DNA of 32,000 nucleotides. It comes from Dickeya solani IPO 2222. GTDB taxonomy: Bacteria > Pseudomonadota > Gammaproteobacteria > Enterobacterales > Enterobacteriaceae. This document shows, piece by piece, positions 10,493 to 18,772 of this stretch (positions within the stretch are counted from its first letter, which is position 1; the number at the start of each line of letters is the position of its first letter). The translations under genes and the position numbers were made by a program. The stretch covers positions 4,770,001 to 4,802,000 of the forward strand of contig NZ_CP015137.1 of the NCBI RefSeq assembly GCF_001644705.1, given 5' to 3'. Under the pieces are notes generated by a model, which made no database searches, had not been told where the DNA came from, and saw only the letters and a program-made list of their open reading frames with translations.

Positions 10493-11942
10493 GAAAAAAT
10501 CTCCTTTTTCGCTGCGTTTTCGCTTTCTGATCGCGACTGCCGCGGTGGTGCTGGCGCTGACGCTCTCCTACGGCATCGTCGCCGTGGTGGGCTACAGCGT
10601 CAGTTTCGATAAAACCTCATTCCGCCTGCTGCGTGGCGAAAGCAACCTGTTCTACAGCCTGGCGCAATGGCGCGACAATCAACTGACCATCGCCACGCCG
10701 CCTGAAATCGATATCAATTACCCGACGCTGGTGTTTATCTACGACAAGCACGGCAAACTGCTGTGGCGGGAACGCGCCGTCCCGGAGCTGGAATCGCAAA
10801 TCAAACCGGAATGGCTGGAAAAAACCGACTATCACGAGCTGGACGCCGACACCAACACCAGTAATGCGGTATTGCAAGGCAGCAACCCGCAGATGCTGGA
10901 CAAACTGCGCGCTTACAGTTCAGAAGACAAAACGCCGTTCACCCATTCTATCGCCGTTAATGTTTACCCGGCGTCCGAGCGCCTGCCCAAAATGGTGATT
11001 GTGGTAGTGGACCGGGTGCCGCAGGAACTGCAACAGGCGGATGTGGTCTGGGAGTGGTTCCGCTACGTGTTTATCGCCCATTTGGTGCTGGTACTGCCGC
11101 TGCTGTGGCTGGCGGCGCACTGGAGCCTGCGGCCGATCAAACACCTGGTGCATCAGATCAGCGAGCTGGAACACGGCTCCCGCGAGCATCTGGACGAAAA
11201 TCCGCCGCGGGAACTGAACAGTCTGGTCCGCAACCTGAATACGTTGCTGAGTAATGAGCGCCAGCGCTATCACAAATACCGCACCACCCTCACCGACCTG
11301 ACCCACAGCCTGAAAACGCCGCTGGCCGTGCTACAAACCACGCTGCGTTCGTTGCGTACCGGTAAAGAACTGACCATTGAGCAGGCCGAACCGATCATGC
11401 TGACGCAAATCAGCCGCATCTCGCAGCAAATCGGCTATTACCTGCACCGCGCTAGCGTACGAACGGAACATCTGGCCATCACGCGGGAAGTGCACTCCGT
11501 TCCGGCGCAACTGGACGCGCTCTGCTCTGCGCTGAACAAAGTGTACCAACGTAAAGGCGTGGTGCTGACGATGGACATCGCCCCGGAGCTGACCTTCATC
11601 GGCGAGAAAAACGATTTTATGGAGGTAATGGGCAATATTCTCGACAACGCCTGTAAATACTGTCTGGAGTTTGTGGAAATCAGCGCCCGTTATTCCGGCC
11701 AGAAACTGCATCTGGTCATTGAGGACGACGGCCCCGGCATTCCCGACAGCAAACGGGAACTGATTTTCCAGCGTGGACAGCGGGCGGACACATTGCGCCC
11801 CGGTCAGGGCATCGGGCTGTCGGTCGCGGCGGAAATCATCGAACAGTATCAGGGGGAAATTCTGATCGGCGCCAGTGGGCTTGGCGGCGCCAAGGTGGAA
11901 GCCATTTTCGGCCGCCAGCATCTTGGTCAGAATGAGAGTTGA
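10491..11942 (+). CDS. phoQ: sensor histidine kinase PhoQ
   Basis: Homology to E. coli PhoQ begins at [22 protein letters not shown]. It continues through [18 protein letters not shown], the H-box [15 protein letters not shown], and the DNACKYC and GQGIGL boxes. The only in-frame start near that point is TTG 10491, with GGAAGA 4 nt upstream, giving 483 aa. The alternative ATG 10389 would overlap phoP by 47 nt and add 34 unconserved residues. Confidence 0.9.
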   Translation: MKKSPFSLRFRFLIATAAVVLALTLSYGIVAVVGYSVSFDKTSFRLLRGESNLFYSLAQWRDNQLTIATPPEIDINYPTLVFIYDKHGKLLWRERAVPELESQIKPEWLEKTDYHELDADTNTSNAVLQGSNPQMLDKLRAYSSEDKTPFTHSIAVNVYPASERLPKMVIVVVDRVPQELQQADVVWEWFRYVFIAHLVLVLPLLWLAAHWSLRPIKHLVHQISELEHGSREHLDENPPRELNSLVRNLNTLLSNERQRYHKYRTTLTDLTHSLKTPLAVLQTTLRSLRTGKELTIEQAEPIMLTQISRISQQIGYYLHRASVRTEHLAITREVHSVPAQLDALCSALNKVYQRKGVVLTMDIAPELTFIGEKNDFMEVMGNILDNACKYCLEFVEISARYSGQKLHLVIEDDGPGIPDSKRELIFQRGQRADTLRPGQGIGLSVAAEIIEQYQGEILIGASGLGGAKVEAIFGRQHLGQNES

Positions 11943-12046
11943 GACTGTCTGGCGTTAACCGTCTACAATACAGGGAAAACCACCGTCTGCCGGTCGATGC
12001 GGCTCAGGGCCTTTCAACCCTGTCGCCTCGCCTGTGAATTAAGGAC

Positions 12047-12076
12047 GGGACACCATCACGGCGACGTCGTTATAAT
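12047..12076 (+). promoter_or_regulatory. candidate sigma70 promoter for roxA
   Basis: GGGACA (12047-12052), 18 bp, then a perfect TATAAT (12071-12076), 33 nt upstream of the roxA ATG. Confidence 0.35.
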
Positions 12077-12108
12077 CGCTGATAGCTCCCTGTTACTGGA
12101 AATGCGTT

Positions 12109-13230
12109 ATGGACTACCAACTTAATCTCGACTGGCAGGATTTCCTGGCCCACCACTGGCAAAAAAAACCGGTAATCATCAAAGGTGGTTTCCGCCATTT
12201 CATCGATCCCATTACCCCGGACGAACTGGCCGGGCTCGCCATGGAAAACGAGGTGGACAGCCGGCTGGTCAGCCATCAGGACGGCCGCTGGGATGTCAGC
12301 CACGGTCCGTTCGAAAGCTACGATCATCTGGGAGAAAGCAACTGGTCTCTGCTGGTGCAGGCGGTCGATCACTGGCATGAGCCTTCCGCCGCGCTGATGC
12401 GCCCTTTCCGTCAGTTGCCCGACTGGCGCATTGACGACCTGATGATTTCCTTCTCGGTGCCGGGCGGCGGCGTCGGCCCGCATCTGGATCAGTACGACGT
12501 GTTTATCATTCAGGGCACCGGCCGCCGTCGCTGGCGCGTGGGCGACAAAGTGCCGATGAAGCAGCACTGCCCGCATCCTGACCTGCTGCAGGTTGACCCG
12601 TTCGACGCCATTATCGATGAGGAACTGGAACCCGGCGACATTCTCTATATTCCACCCAGTTTCCCGCATGAAGGCTATTCGCTGGAAAACTCGCTCAACT
12701 ACTCGGTAGGCTTCCGCGCCCCCAGCTCCCGTGAACTGGTCAGCGGTTTTGCCGACTATGTGCTGTCTCGTGAACTGGGCGGCCAGCGCTACAGCGACCC
12801 GGACATTCCCGCGCGAGCTCACCCGGCGGACATCCTGCCGCAGGAGCTGGATAAACTACAGCATATGATGCTGGATCTGGTGCAGCATAAAGACGCCTTC
12901 CGCCAGTGGTTCGGCGAATTTGTCTCCCAGTCGCGTCATGAACTGGATTTGGCGCCGCCAGAGCCGCCTTATCAACCGGGCGAGATGTACGACCTGCTGC
13001 AACAGGGCGAAGCGCTGCGCCGCCTTGGCGGATTGCGGGTGGTGCGTATCGGCGAGGACTGCTTCGTCAACGGCGAGTGTCTGGACAGCCGCCAGTCGCA
13101 GGCGATTATCGCACTGGCGCAATACGACGTATTGGATGCCAAACGCCTTGGCGATGCGCTGGACGATCCGTCGTTCCTTGCCCAGTTGACCGCACTGGTC
13201 AACAGCGGTTATTGGTATTTTGTTGACTGA
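12109..13230 (+). CDS. roxA: ribosomal protein uL16 arginine hydroxylase (JmjC/cupin oxygenase; formerly YcfD)
   Basis: 373 aa. Collinear with E. coli YcfD/RoxA as recalled (HWQKKPV, NWSLLVQAVDHWHEP, GGGVGPHLDQYDVFIIQGTGRRRWRVG, ILYIPPSFPHEGY, ending LVNSGYWYF). Confidence 0.93.
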   Translation: MDYQLNLDWQDFLAHHWQKKPVIIKGGFRHFIDPITPDELAGLAMENEVDSRLVSHQDGRWDVSHGPFESYDHLGESNWSLLVQAVDHWHEPSAALMRPFRQLPDWRIDDLMISFSVPGGGVGPHLDQYDVFIIQGTGRRRWRVGDKVPMKQHCPHPDLLQVDPFDAIIDEELEPGDILYIPPSFPHEGYSLENSLNYSVGFRAPSSRELVSGFADYVLSRELGGQRYSDPDIPARAHPADILPQELDKLQHMMLDLVQHKDAFRQWFGEFVSQSRHELDLAPPEPPYQPGEMYDLLQQGEALRRLGGLRVVRIGEDCFVNGECLDSRQSQAIIALAQYDVLDAKRLGDALDDPSFLAQLTALVNSGYWYFVD

Positions 13231-13256
13231 TTACCGACACCGGTCACCTAAAACAC

Positions 13257-13286
13257 AAGAGACGCCATGCGGCGTCTCTTTTTTTC
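13257..13286 (+). terminator. rho-independent terminator between convergent roxA and pepT (possibly bidirectional)
   Basis: Perfect 10-bp stem AAGAGACGCC / GGCGTCTCTT with loop ATGC, followed by a run of 7 T. On the other strand the hairpin is followed by GTGTTTT. Confidence 0.85.
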
Positions 13287-13302
13287 CCCAAACCGGCACC
13301 TG

Positions 13303-14571
13303 TCAGGCTTTAACCGACACGCTCTCGCTGCTGGTGTGCCGGGTTTTAGCCCGTAACGCGGTCAGTTCGGCGATACGCATAATCACCGCCACCGCGCTTT
13401 CCATCCCTTCCAGCGTGACAAACTCGTGCTTGCCGTGGGCATTGTAGCCGCCGGTGAACAAATTCGGGCACGGTAGGCCCCGGAAAGAAAGCTGCGCGCC
13501 ATCGGTGCCGCCGCGAATCGGCCGCATCAGCGGCGTAATGTCGCAATCGCGCATCGCCTGCTGCGCCAGCGCGATGATATGCGGGTACTGTTCCACCTGC
13601 TCGCGCATGTTGTAGTAGCTGTCGGTAATCGTGACCTCGATATAACAATCCGGGTGCAACCCTTTACCCACCGTTTCAGCAATCTCCAGCAGAGTTTTCT
13701 TGCGCCGTTCGAAACCGTCGCGCTCAAAATCCCGGATGCTGTAGTGCAGTTCGGCTCGCTCCACCGTCCCTTTCGCGCTGTTCAGATGATAGAACCCCTG
13801 ATAGCCTTCGGTCTGCTCCGGGACTTCCTCAGCCGGCACCAGGTGGTGGAAACGCGTCGCCAGCGACAGCGCATTAACCATCACCCCTTTGGCCCAGCCA
13901 GGATGCACATTGTTGCCGACAATCTTCACGACTGCCGACGCGGCATTGAAATTTTCATACTCCAGCTCACCCACGCCGCCGCCGTCCACCGTGTAAGCCC
14001 ACTCGGCCCGGAACGCCTCGACATCGAAATGCTGCGCGCCCTTACCCACTTCCTCATCCGGCGTAAAGGCGACGCGAATATCGCCATGTGGGACCTGCCG
14101 TTTCTTCAGCCGCACCAGCGCGGTGATGATCTCCGCGATCCCCGCCTTGTCATCCGCGCCCAACAGCGTTTTGCCGTCGGTCGTAATCAGTGTTTGCCCC
14201 AGCAGGTGATGCAACACCGGGAACATCACCGGCGACAGCACCTCATCGCCCACGCCCAGCGCGATATCACCGCCGCGGTAATTCTCCACAATCTGCGGAT
14301 TGACGTGCTTGCCGCTGAAATCCGGCGAGGTATCCATATGAGCGATAAATCCCACCGCCGGCACCGGCCAGGCCACATTACCCGGCAACGTCGCCATCAC
14401 ACAGCCGTGCTTGCTGAGGGATACCTGCTCAAACCCCAGTTCGGTCAATTCCTGTTGCAGCGCCTGCGCCAGTTTTAATTGCCCTTCGGTACTCGGCACC
14501 TGCCGTACACCCAGTTTGGACTGGGTGTCAAACACGACATAATTTAAAAAACGATCAAGTAATTTTTCCAT
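13303..14571 (-). CDS. pepT: peptidase T (tripeptide aminopeptidase, M20 family)
   Basis: From ATG 14571 the product begins [12 protein letters not shown] (E. coli MDKLLERFLNYV) and is collinear throughout ([32 protein letters not shown]). GGAGGGGG lies upstream. The ORF-track GTG at 14577 adds 2 residues. Confidence 0.96.
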   Translation of the reverse strand: MEKLLDRFLNYVVFDTQSKLGVRQVPSTEGQLKLAQALQQELTELGFEQVSLSKHGCVMATLPGNVAWPVPAVGFIAHMDTSPDFSGKHVNPQIVENYRGGDIALGVGDEVLSPVMFPVLHHLLGQTLITTDGKTLLGADDKAGIAEIITALVRLKKRQVPHGDIRVAFTPDEEVGKGAQHFDVEAFRAEWAYTVDGGGVGELEYENFNAASAVVKIVGNNVHPGWAKGVMVNALSLATRFHHLVPAEEVPEQTEGYQGFYHLNSAKGTVERAELHYSIRDFERDGFERRKKTLLEIAETVGKGLHPDCYIEVTITDSYYNMREQVEQYPHIIALAQQAMRDCDITPLMRPIRGGTDGAQLSFRGLPCPNLFTGGYNAHGKHEFVTLEGMESAVAVIMRIAELTALRAKTRHTSSESVSVKA

Positions 14572-14843
14572 CACCACCCCCTCCGATGGATTACGTGTTT
14601 CATTATGTAGAGGGTGTCAGCGTCAGATATTGCGTCAGGTCAGTTTTTATTGGTTTTCCCCCTGACGCCACCGCTCAGGACGCCCGAGCGACAGGGCGGC
14701 GAACACGCCGACATGCCCGCCGCGTCCATCAGGCTCAGCAATTAATTAACAATTCATCAACATACAGAGACTGGCGAGGCGAGTCGCCGCAAAGCAAGGC
14801 AGGAATAGGGGCCGACGGCTTGACGCCCGCCGGCCTGCGAAGG

Positions 14844-15068
14844 TTACAACCACTCGTAATACTGGCCCAGGCTTTTATCGCAGCCGCAACAGCTACCGCA
14901 TTTTGGCGCAGCCTCGCCACTGTGAAAGCGGATTTTGCCTTTCTGCACCCACACCGCCAGCATCCCTTCCACCACACCGGGATCTGTCTGAAACGCGGTG
15001 CTGATGTCTTGCAGCGACACCTTTTTTCTTTCGCGGACAAAATCCCGCAATTCCAGTAGCGTCATCAT
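14844..15068 (-). CDS. feoC: FeoC-type ferrous iron transport protein (winged-helix, Cys-rich C-terminus)
   Basis: 74 aa, immediately downstream of feoB. Starts MMTLLELRDFVRERKKVSLQDIS, then a Cys cluster CGSCCGC, as in FeoC/YhgG. GGAGAG is the SD. Confidence 0.85.
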   Translation of the reverse strand: MMTLLELRDFVRERKKVSLQDISTAFQTDPGVVEGMLAVWVQKGKIRFHSGEAAPKCGSCCGCDKSLGQYYEWL

Positions 15069-15103
15069 GTTCTCTCCGGCGGGCGGCAGGCCCGCCCGAC
15101 TGG

Positions 15104-17425
15104 TTACTTCGCTTCACCCACCGCCATACGCTGGCGTTGCAAGCCATTACGGCGCAGCATCATCACCGTGACGCACAGCATCGCCGCCACTCCCAGTAAC
15201 GCACACAACGAGTACAGCGGATGCTGGGCAAAACGCCCGATCTGATACACCACCACCGCGGTGCTATACCCGACCTGGATGGTCCACCCGGCGCAGAACA
15301 GCGTCCAGGCGGTTCCCACTTCGCGCCAGATGGCCGACACCGCCGCCACGCAAGGGATATACAGCAGCACCATCAGCAAATAGCTGAATGCGCCCAACCG
15401 GCCATCAAACAACTGGCTAATCACGGTCAGCGAGGTCACGGAAAACTTGTTGTCTTTAGCGATGGTGTCGGTATCGGTCAAATCACCGACGTTGATCCCC
15501 ATCGGGTTAAGCAGTGCATCGCCCAGCTTGCCCAGGTTTTCCGGAATGGTCGCCAACGCGTCGTGAATACCGCCGCTCAGGCTGAAGGTTTTTACCTCCT
15601 TCGCGCCGCCGCTCTGCGAGGCCGCCATCGCGCCATACAGCGAATCCAGCGTACCGACGACTGCCTCTTTGGCGAAGATCCCGGTGAATACCCCCACCGC
15701 CGCCGGCCAGTTCTCTTCCCGAATCCCCATTGGTTTGAATACCGGCACGATGGCTTGCCCGACGGCCGACAACACCGATTTCTGGGTATTCTGGTTACCA
15801 AAGGAACCGTCCGTCCCCATCGAGTTCAGGAAACCTAACACCGTCACCACCACCACAATCAGCCGGCCGGCGCGCAACAGGAACCCTTTCAGGCGCTCCC
15901 AGGTACGGATCAACACGCTGCGCAGACTGGGCAGATGGTAAGGAGGAATCTCCATGACAAACGCGGAAGCATCGCCTTTCAGCGCGGTGTTTTTCAGCAG
16001 AAAGCCGGTAGCAATGGCGGCGGCAATCCCGACCAGATACAGCCCGAACACCATATTCTGCCCGCCTTCGACAAACAGCGCCGAGGCAAACAACACGTAT
16101 ACCGGCAACCGCGCGCCGCAGGACATAAACGGTGCCATCATTACCGTGACCACGCGGTCGCTGTGACGCTCCATGGTGCGGGTCGCCATCACGGCGGGTA
16201 CGTTGCAGCCAAAACCGACAATCAACGGCACAAATGCCTTACCCGGCAAACCGATGCTGCGCATGAATCGGTCCATCACAAACGCCGCCCGCGCCATGTA
16301 ACCGGAGTCTTCCAGCCATGACAGGAACAGATACAGACAACCGATCACCGGAATAAAGGTGGACACGGTCTGAATACCGCCGCCCACGCCATCCGCCAGC
16401 AAGGTTTTCAACCATTCCGGGGTGTGCAGCGCCAGCAGCAGTTCGCCGAACCCTTCCACCAGCAACGTGCCGAACAGCTTGTCGAAGAAGTCGATAAACG
16501 CGCTGCCGACATTGATGGTGAACACAAACATCAGGTACATCACCAGCAGGAAGATCGGAATACCGAAAAAACGGTGCAGCACAATGCGGTCGATCTTGTC
16601 GGTCACAGTGGCCGAAACTTCGCCGCGCCGGGTAATCACCTCGCGGGCCACCGCCCCCACAAACTGATAGCGCGCGTCCGCCAGGAAGATATCCAGTTCA
16701 TCTTCGTATTCCGCCACCAGCCGGGTCACCTGCGCATCGGCAAACACCAGCGCGTCAGCGGGCACCCGGTTACGCACGGTAACATCGCCTTCCAGTAACT
16801 GAATCGCCAGCCAATGCGGATTGCGAATGGCACTCTGGCCCTGCAACCGTTCCGCAATCGCCTGCGCAGCCTGATTCAGCGGCGCATCGTAAGGAATCGA
16901 TACCGGGGGAATGACCGGTTGCGCCAGTGCCGCCTGACACACCTCGTGCAGCATCTCGATACCTTTTTTCTGGCTGGCGGTAATCGGGATGACCGGACAT
17001 CCCAATCGCTGCTGCAGACCGGCGATATCAATATCCAGTTTGCGGCCGGTGGCGATATCCATCATGTTGACGGCCACCACCATCGGCACCTGCATATCCA
17101 GCAACTGCGCGGTGAGATACAGATTACGCTCCAGGTTGGAGGCATCGACGATGTTCAGCACCAGGTTGGCTTCGCCAGACAGAATGTAATCGCGCGCCAC
17201 CCGTTCATCTTCCGAACTCTCGGAAGACGGGTTCAGCGAGTAAACCCCCGGCAGATCCACCAGCGTCACCTGTTGCTGCTGATAACGGTAGCTGCCGACC
17301 TTCTTTTCCACCGTCACGCCCGGCCAGTTGCCGACAGTTTGCTTACCGCCGGTCAGGACGTTGAATAACGTCGTTTTGCCACAGTTCGGGTTACCCACCA
17401 CGCAAATTACGGGTTGCGTACTCAT
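15104..17425 (-). CDS. feoB: ferrous iron transporter FeoB (G-protein-coupled permease)
   Basis: 773 aa. N-terminal G-domain VVGNPNCGKTTLFNVLTG...VTLVDLPGVYSL, followed by a polytopic membrane domain. Collinear with E. coli FeoB. Confidence 0.97.
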   Translation of the reverse strand: MSTQPVICVVGNPNCGKTTLFNVLTGGKQTVGNWPGVTVEKKVGSYRYQQQQVTLVDLPGVYSLNPSSESSEDERVARDYILSGEANLVLNIVDASNLERNLYLTAQLLDMQVPMVVAVNMMDIATGRKLDIDIAGLQQRLGCPVIPITASQKKGIEMLHEVCQAALAQPVIPPVSIPYDAPLNQAAQAIAERLQGQSAIRNPHWLAIQLLEGDVTVRNRVPADALVFADAQVTRLVAEYEDELDIFLADARYQFVGAVAREVITRRGEVSATVTDKIDRIVLHRFFGIPIFLLVMYLMFVFTINVGSAFIDFFDKLFGTLLVEGFGELLLALHTPEWLKTLLADGVGGGIQTVSTFIPVIGCLYLFLSWLEDSGYMARAAFVMDRFMRSIGLPGKAFVPLIVGFGCNVPAVMATRTMERHSDRVVTVMMAPFMSCGARLPVYVLFASALFVEGGQNMVFGLYLVGIAAAIATGFLLKNTALKGDASAFVMEIPPYHLPSLRSVLIRTWERLKGFLLRAGRLIVVVVTVLGFLNSMGTDGSFGNQNTQKSVLSAVGQAIVPVFKPMGIREENWPAAVGVFTGIFAKEAVVGTLDSLYGAMAASQSGGAKEVKTFSLSGGIHDALATIPENLGKLGDALLNPMGINVGDLTDTDTIAKDNKFSVTSLTVISQLFDGRLGAFSYLLMVLLYIPCVAAVSAIWREVGTAWTLFCAGWTIQVGYSTAVVVYQIGRFAQHPLYSLCALLGVAAMLCVTVMMLRRNGLQRQRMAVGEAK

Positions 17426-17447
17426 AAAAAATCCTTACCTGCCCGGA

Positions 17448-17675
17448 TTAACATTTTTCCAGAATCAAAATCTGCGCTTCGCCTTTGCGCACGCTGATCG
17501 CCGCGCCGCGCAGACGCAGCTCAATCGGGTCGCCCAACGGCGCCACGCGCGACACCGAAAACTCCACCCCCGGCGTAACCCCCAGCGCCAGCAGGCGCTT
17601 GCGGTAATCCGCCGATCCTTTCTGAAACCCCAGCACACGCCACTGTGTGCCCACCGCCAATGCTTCCAGTGTCAT
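17448..17675 (-). CDS. feoA: ferrous iron transport protein FeoA
   Basis: 75 aa. [30 protein letters not shown] matches E. coli FeoA ([30 protein letters not shown]). It ends 22 nt upstream of feoB. Confidence 0.93.
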   Translation of the reverse strand: [75 protein letters not shown]

Positions 17676-17716
17676 CGCTGTGTTGACCTCATACCCATTG
17701 TTGCGTCAGAGGAACG

Positions 17717-17850
17717 ACCGTTGTTATAAATCGATAGTTATAAATCGATAGTTATAAATCGATAGTTATAAATCGATAGTTATAAATCGATAGTTATAAA
17801 CCGATGGTTATAACCCTGTGGTTATAAACCGATTGTTATGCTGATTATTG
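17717..17850. repeat. 14-bp tandem array (TCGATAGTTATAAA; 5 perfect plus ~4 degenerate units) between the two feoA genes
   Basis: Perfect units at 17731-17744, 17745-17758, 17759-17772, 17773-17786 and 17787-17800. They are flanked by ACCGTTGTTATAAA, CCGATGGTTATAA, CCCTGTGGTTATAAA, CCGATTGTTATG and CTGATTATTG. The array occupies ~125 of the 169 intergenic bp. Confidence 0.95.
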
Positions 17851-18084
17851 CTGCGGCGACACCCACACCTGTTTGCCCATCTCCCAGTTGATCGCCACCC
17901 GGCTGTCGCCGGAGGCCAGCATCAACGGCTGATTGGCGTCGCGCTGAATCACGCGCACCTGCCCACCGACGCGGATGCCAAGCTCGGTCAGCCGCTGCTG
18001 GTATTCGCCCGTCGAACGAATTCGCGCCACCACGGCATTCACGTTAAGGGGAAGATCAAGCAGCGTTTGAAGACTCAGGGCCAT
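17845..18084 (-). CDS. FeoA-domain protein (second, upstream paralogue)
   Basis: From ATG 18084 the 79-aa product is MALSLQTLLDLPLNVNAVVARIRSTGEYQQRLTELGIRVGGQVRVIQRDANQPLMLASGDSRVAINWEMGKQVWV. It shows the FeoA SH3-like pattern (L..L..G....V..I......RL.ELGI..G..V.V). AAGGAA lies 7 nt upstream. The ORF-track start at 18129 has no SD. Confidence 0.75.
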   Translation of the reverse strand: MALSLQTLLDLPLNVNAVVARIRSTGEYQQRLTELGIRVGGQVRVIQRDANQPLMLASGDSRVAINWEMGKQVWVSPQQ

Positions 18085-18153
18085 ACAACATTCCTTCCAC
18101 TGACTGTGCGCAGCACACCGCCAACCCACTGACAGTCATGCAGCAAAGCAAGT

Positions 18154-18172
18154 AATAACGATTATCAATCAT
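18154..18172 (-). promoter_or_regulatory. candidate Fur box of the feo operon
   Basis: The minus strand reads ATGATTGATAATCGTTATT, 13/19 to the consensus GATAATGATAATCATTATC. It overlaps a TATGAT -10 candidate (minus strand, 18173..18168), 70-88 nt upstream of the first feoA-like start. Confidence 0.55.
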
Positions 18173-18191
18173 ATTCCTGTTGACAAGCCGT

Positions 18192-18211
18192 CCCTTGACG
18201 CACGTCAAGGG
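18192..18211 (-). promoter_or_regulatory. perfect 20-bp palindrome with an FNR/CRP-family core TTGAC-N4-GTCAA
   Basis: CCCTTGACG CA CGTCAAGGG. The core at 18195-18208 keeps the TTGA-N6-TCAA of the FNR consensus TTGAT-N4-ATCAA. The palindrome centre lies 28.5 bp upstream of the TATGAT hexamer, so about -40.5/-41.5, which is class II geometry. E. coli feo is known to be FNR-activated and Fur-repressed. Confidence 0.5.
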
Positions 18212-18242
18212 AGGTGAAGATTGGGGGGAGTGGTGGGAAGGT

Positions 18243-18431
18243 ATGGGGTTTATAAGTACAGAGGAGAACGATGCTATCGGTTATGCCCCTGATGGAATGG
18301 AGAACACATTGCTGCCGCAGCTCACGTTCAAGGTTTGCTGGCTGGAAGACTTCGGTTTTACCTCTGACCAGTCGGTTATCGTTACCGCTGAGCGAGGTGA
18401 GTTGGTGATTGAGGTGGAACTCAAGTTCTGA
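18243..18431 (+). CDS. SymE-like (AbrB/SpoVT-fold) type I toxin-family small protein
   Basis: AIGYAPDGMENTLLPQLTFKVCWLEDFGFTSDQSVIVTAERGELVIE aligns by pattern with E. coli SymE [45 protein letters not shown]. Start uncertain: ATG 18243 follows a G-rich SD-like stretch. In-frame TTG codons at 18180 and 18195 are alternatives. Confidence 0.6.
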   Translation: MGFISTEENDAIGYAPDGMENTLLPQLTFKVCWLEDFGFTSDQSVIVTAERGELVIEVELKF

Positions 18432-18433
18432 CC

Positions 18434-18468
18434 GGTAAAAACAACAATCCCGGCGCGAGGGCCGGGAT
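18434..18468 (-). terminator. rho-independent terminator of the cdi operon (between convergent cdiI and the symE-like gene)
   Basis: Stem ATCCCGGC (18447-18454) / GCCGGGAT (18461-18468) with loop GCGAGG. On the minus strand it is followed by TGTTGTTTTTACC, 10 nt after the cdiI stop. Confidence 0.7.
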
Positions 18469-18477
18469 CACAGTTGA

Positions 18478-18768
18478 TTATTTATAAAATAAACTATTTG
18501 AGTCTATTATTTTACATACTTCATTTTTTATTGTATCTATCCGTTGCTCACCATATAAGCCTCGTTCAACCATCATTCTAAAATCATCCATGATATAATT
18601 ATATAAATTTGGAAAGCCATTACGCTGTTTGCCCTCAAGTATTCTTAAAGACTTAAGGATCCCTTTACAACACAAGTCACTACCTTCTTCTTCAACAACA
18701 TATTCAATGACCTTATTTAACAGATTTACAAGCCTTGATATATCCTGCACATCATTTTCTGTTAACAT
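18478..18768 (-). CDS. cdiI: putative CdiI immunity protein (no recognisable family)
   Basis: 96-aa ORF starting 4 nt after the cdiA stop (minus strand ...AAAGGTGATTAGATG, with the SD AAGGTGA inside the cdiA 3' end). This is the canonical position for the cognate immunity gene. The DNA is very AT-rich (hand count 9/60 G+C for 18481-18540). The sequence looks helical and acidic. Confidence 0.7.
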   Translation of the reverse strand: MLTENDVQDISRLVNLLNKVIEYVVEEEGSDLCCKGILKSLRILEGKQRNGFPNLYNYIMDDFRMMVERGLYGEQRIDTIKNEVCKIIDSNSLFYK

Positions 18769-18772
18769 CTAA

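Noticed and set aside
14578-14760. FNR box upstream of pepT, which is FNR-dependent in Salmonella.
   Set aside because: The best candidate, TTGCGTCAGGTCAG (14630-14643), matches only 6/10 half-site positions. The ATCAA at 14756-14760 has no partner half-site. This is not supportable from sequence alone.
14586-15059. 157-aa plus-strand ORF spanning the pepT-feoC spacer and all of feoC.
   Set aside because: It is antisense to a well-supported feoC and Arg/Ala-rich. It starts within the pepT promoter region and shows no family resemblance.
18180-18185. Perfect TTGACA hexamer as the -35 of a SymE-like gene promoter.
   Set aside because: No acceptable -10 lies 16-18 bp downstream (CGTCAA or GTCAAG). 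The hexamer may instead belong, as TTGTCA, to the opposite-strand feo control region.
18100-18243. LexA (SOS) box upstream of the SymE-like gene, by analogy with E. coli symE.
   Set aside because: No CTGT-N8-ACAG is present. The closest match, CTGACAGTCATGCAG, has the wrong spacing.
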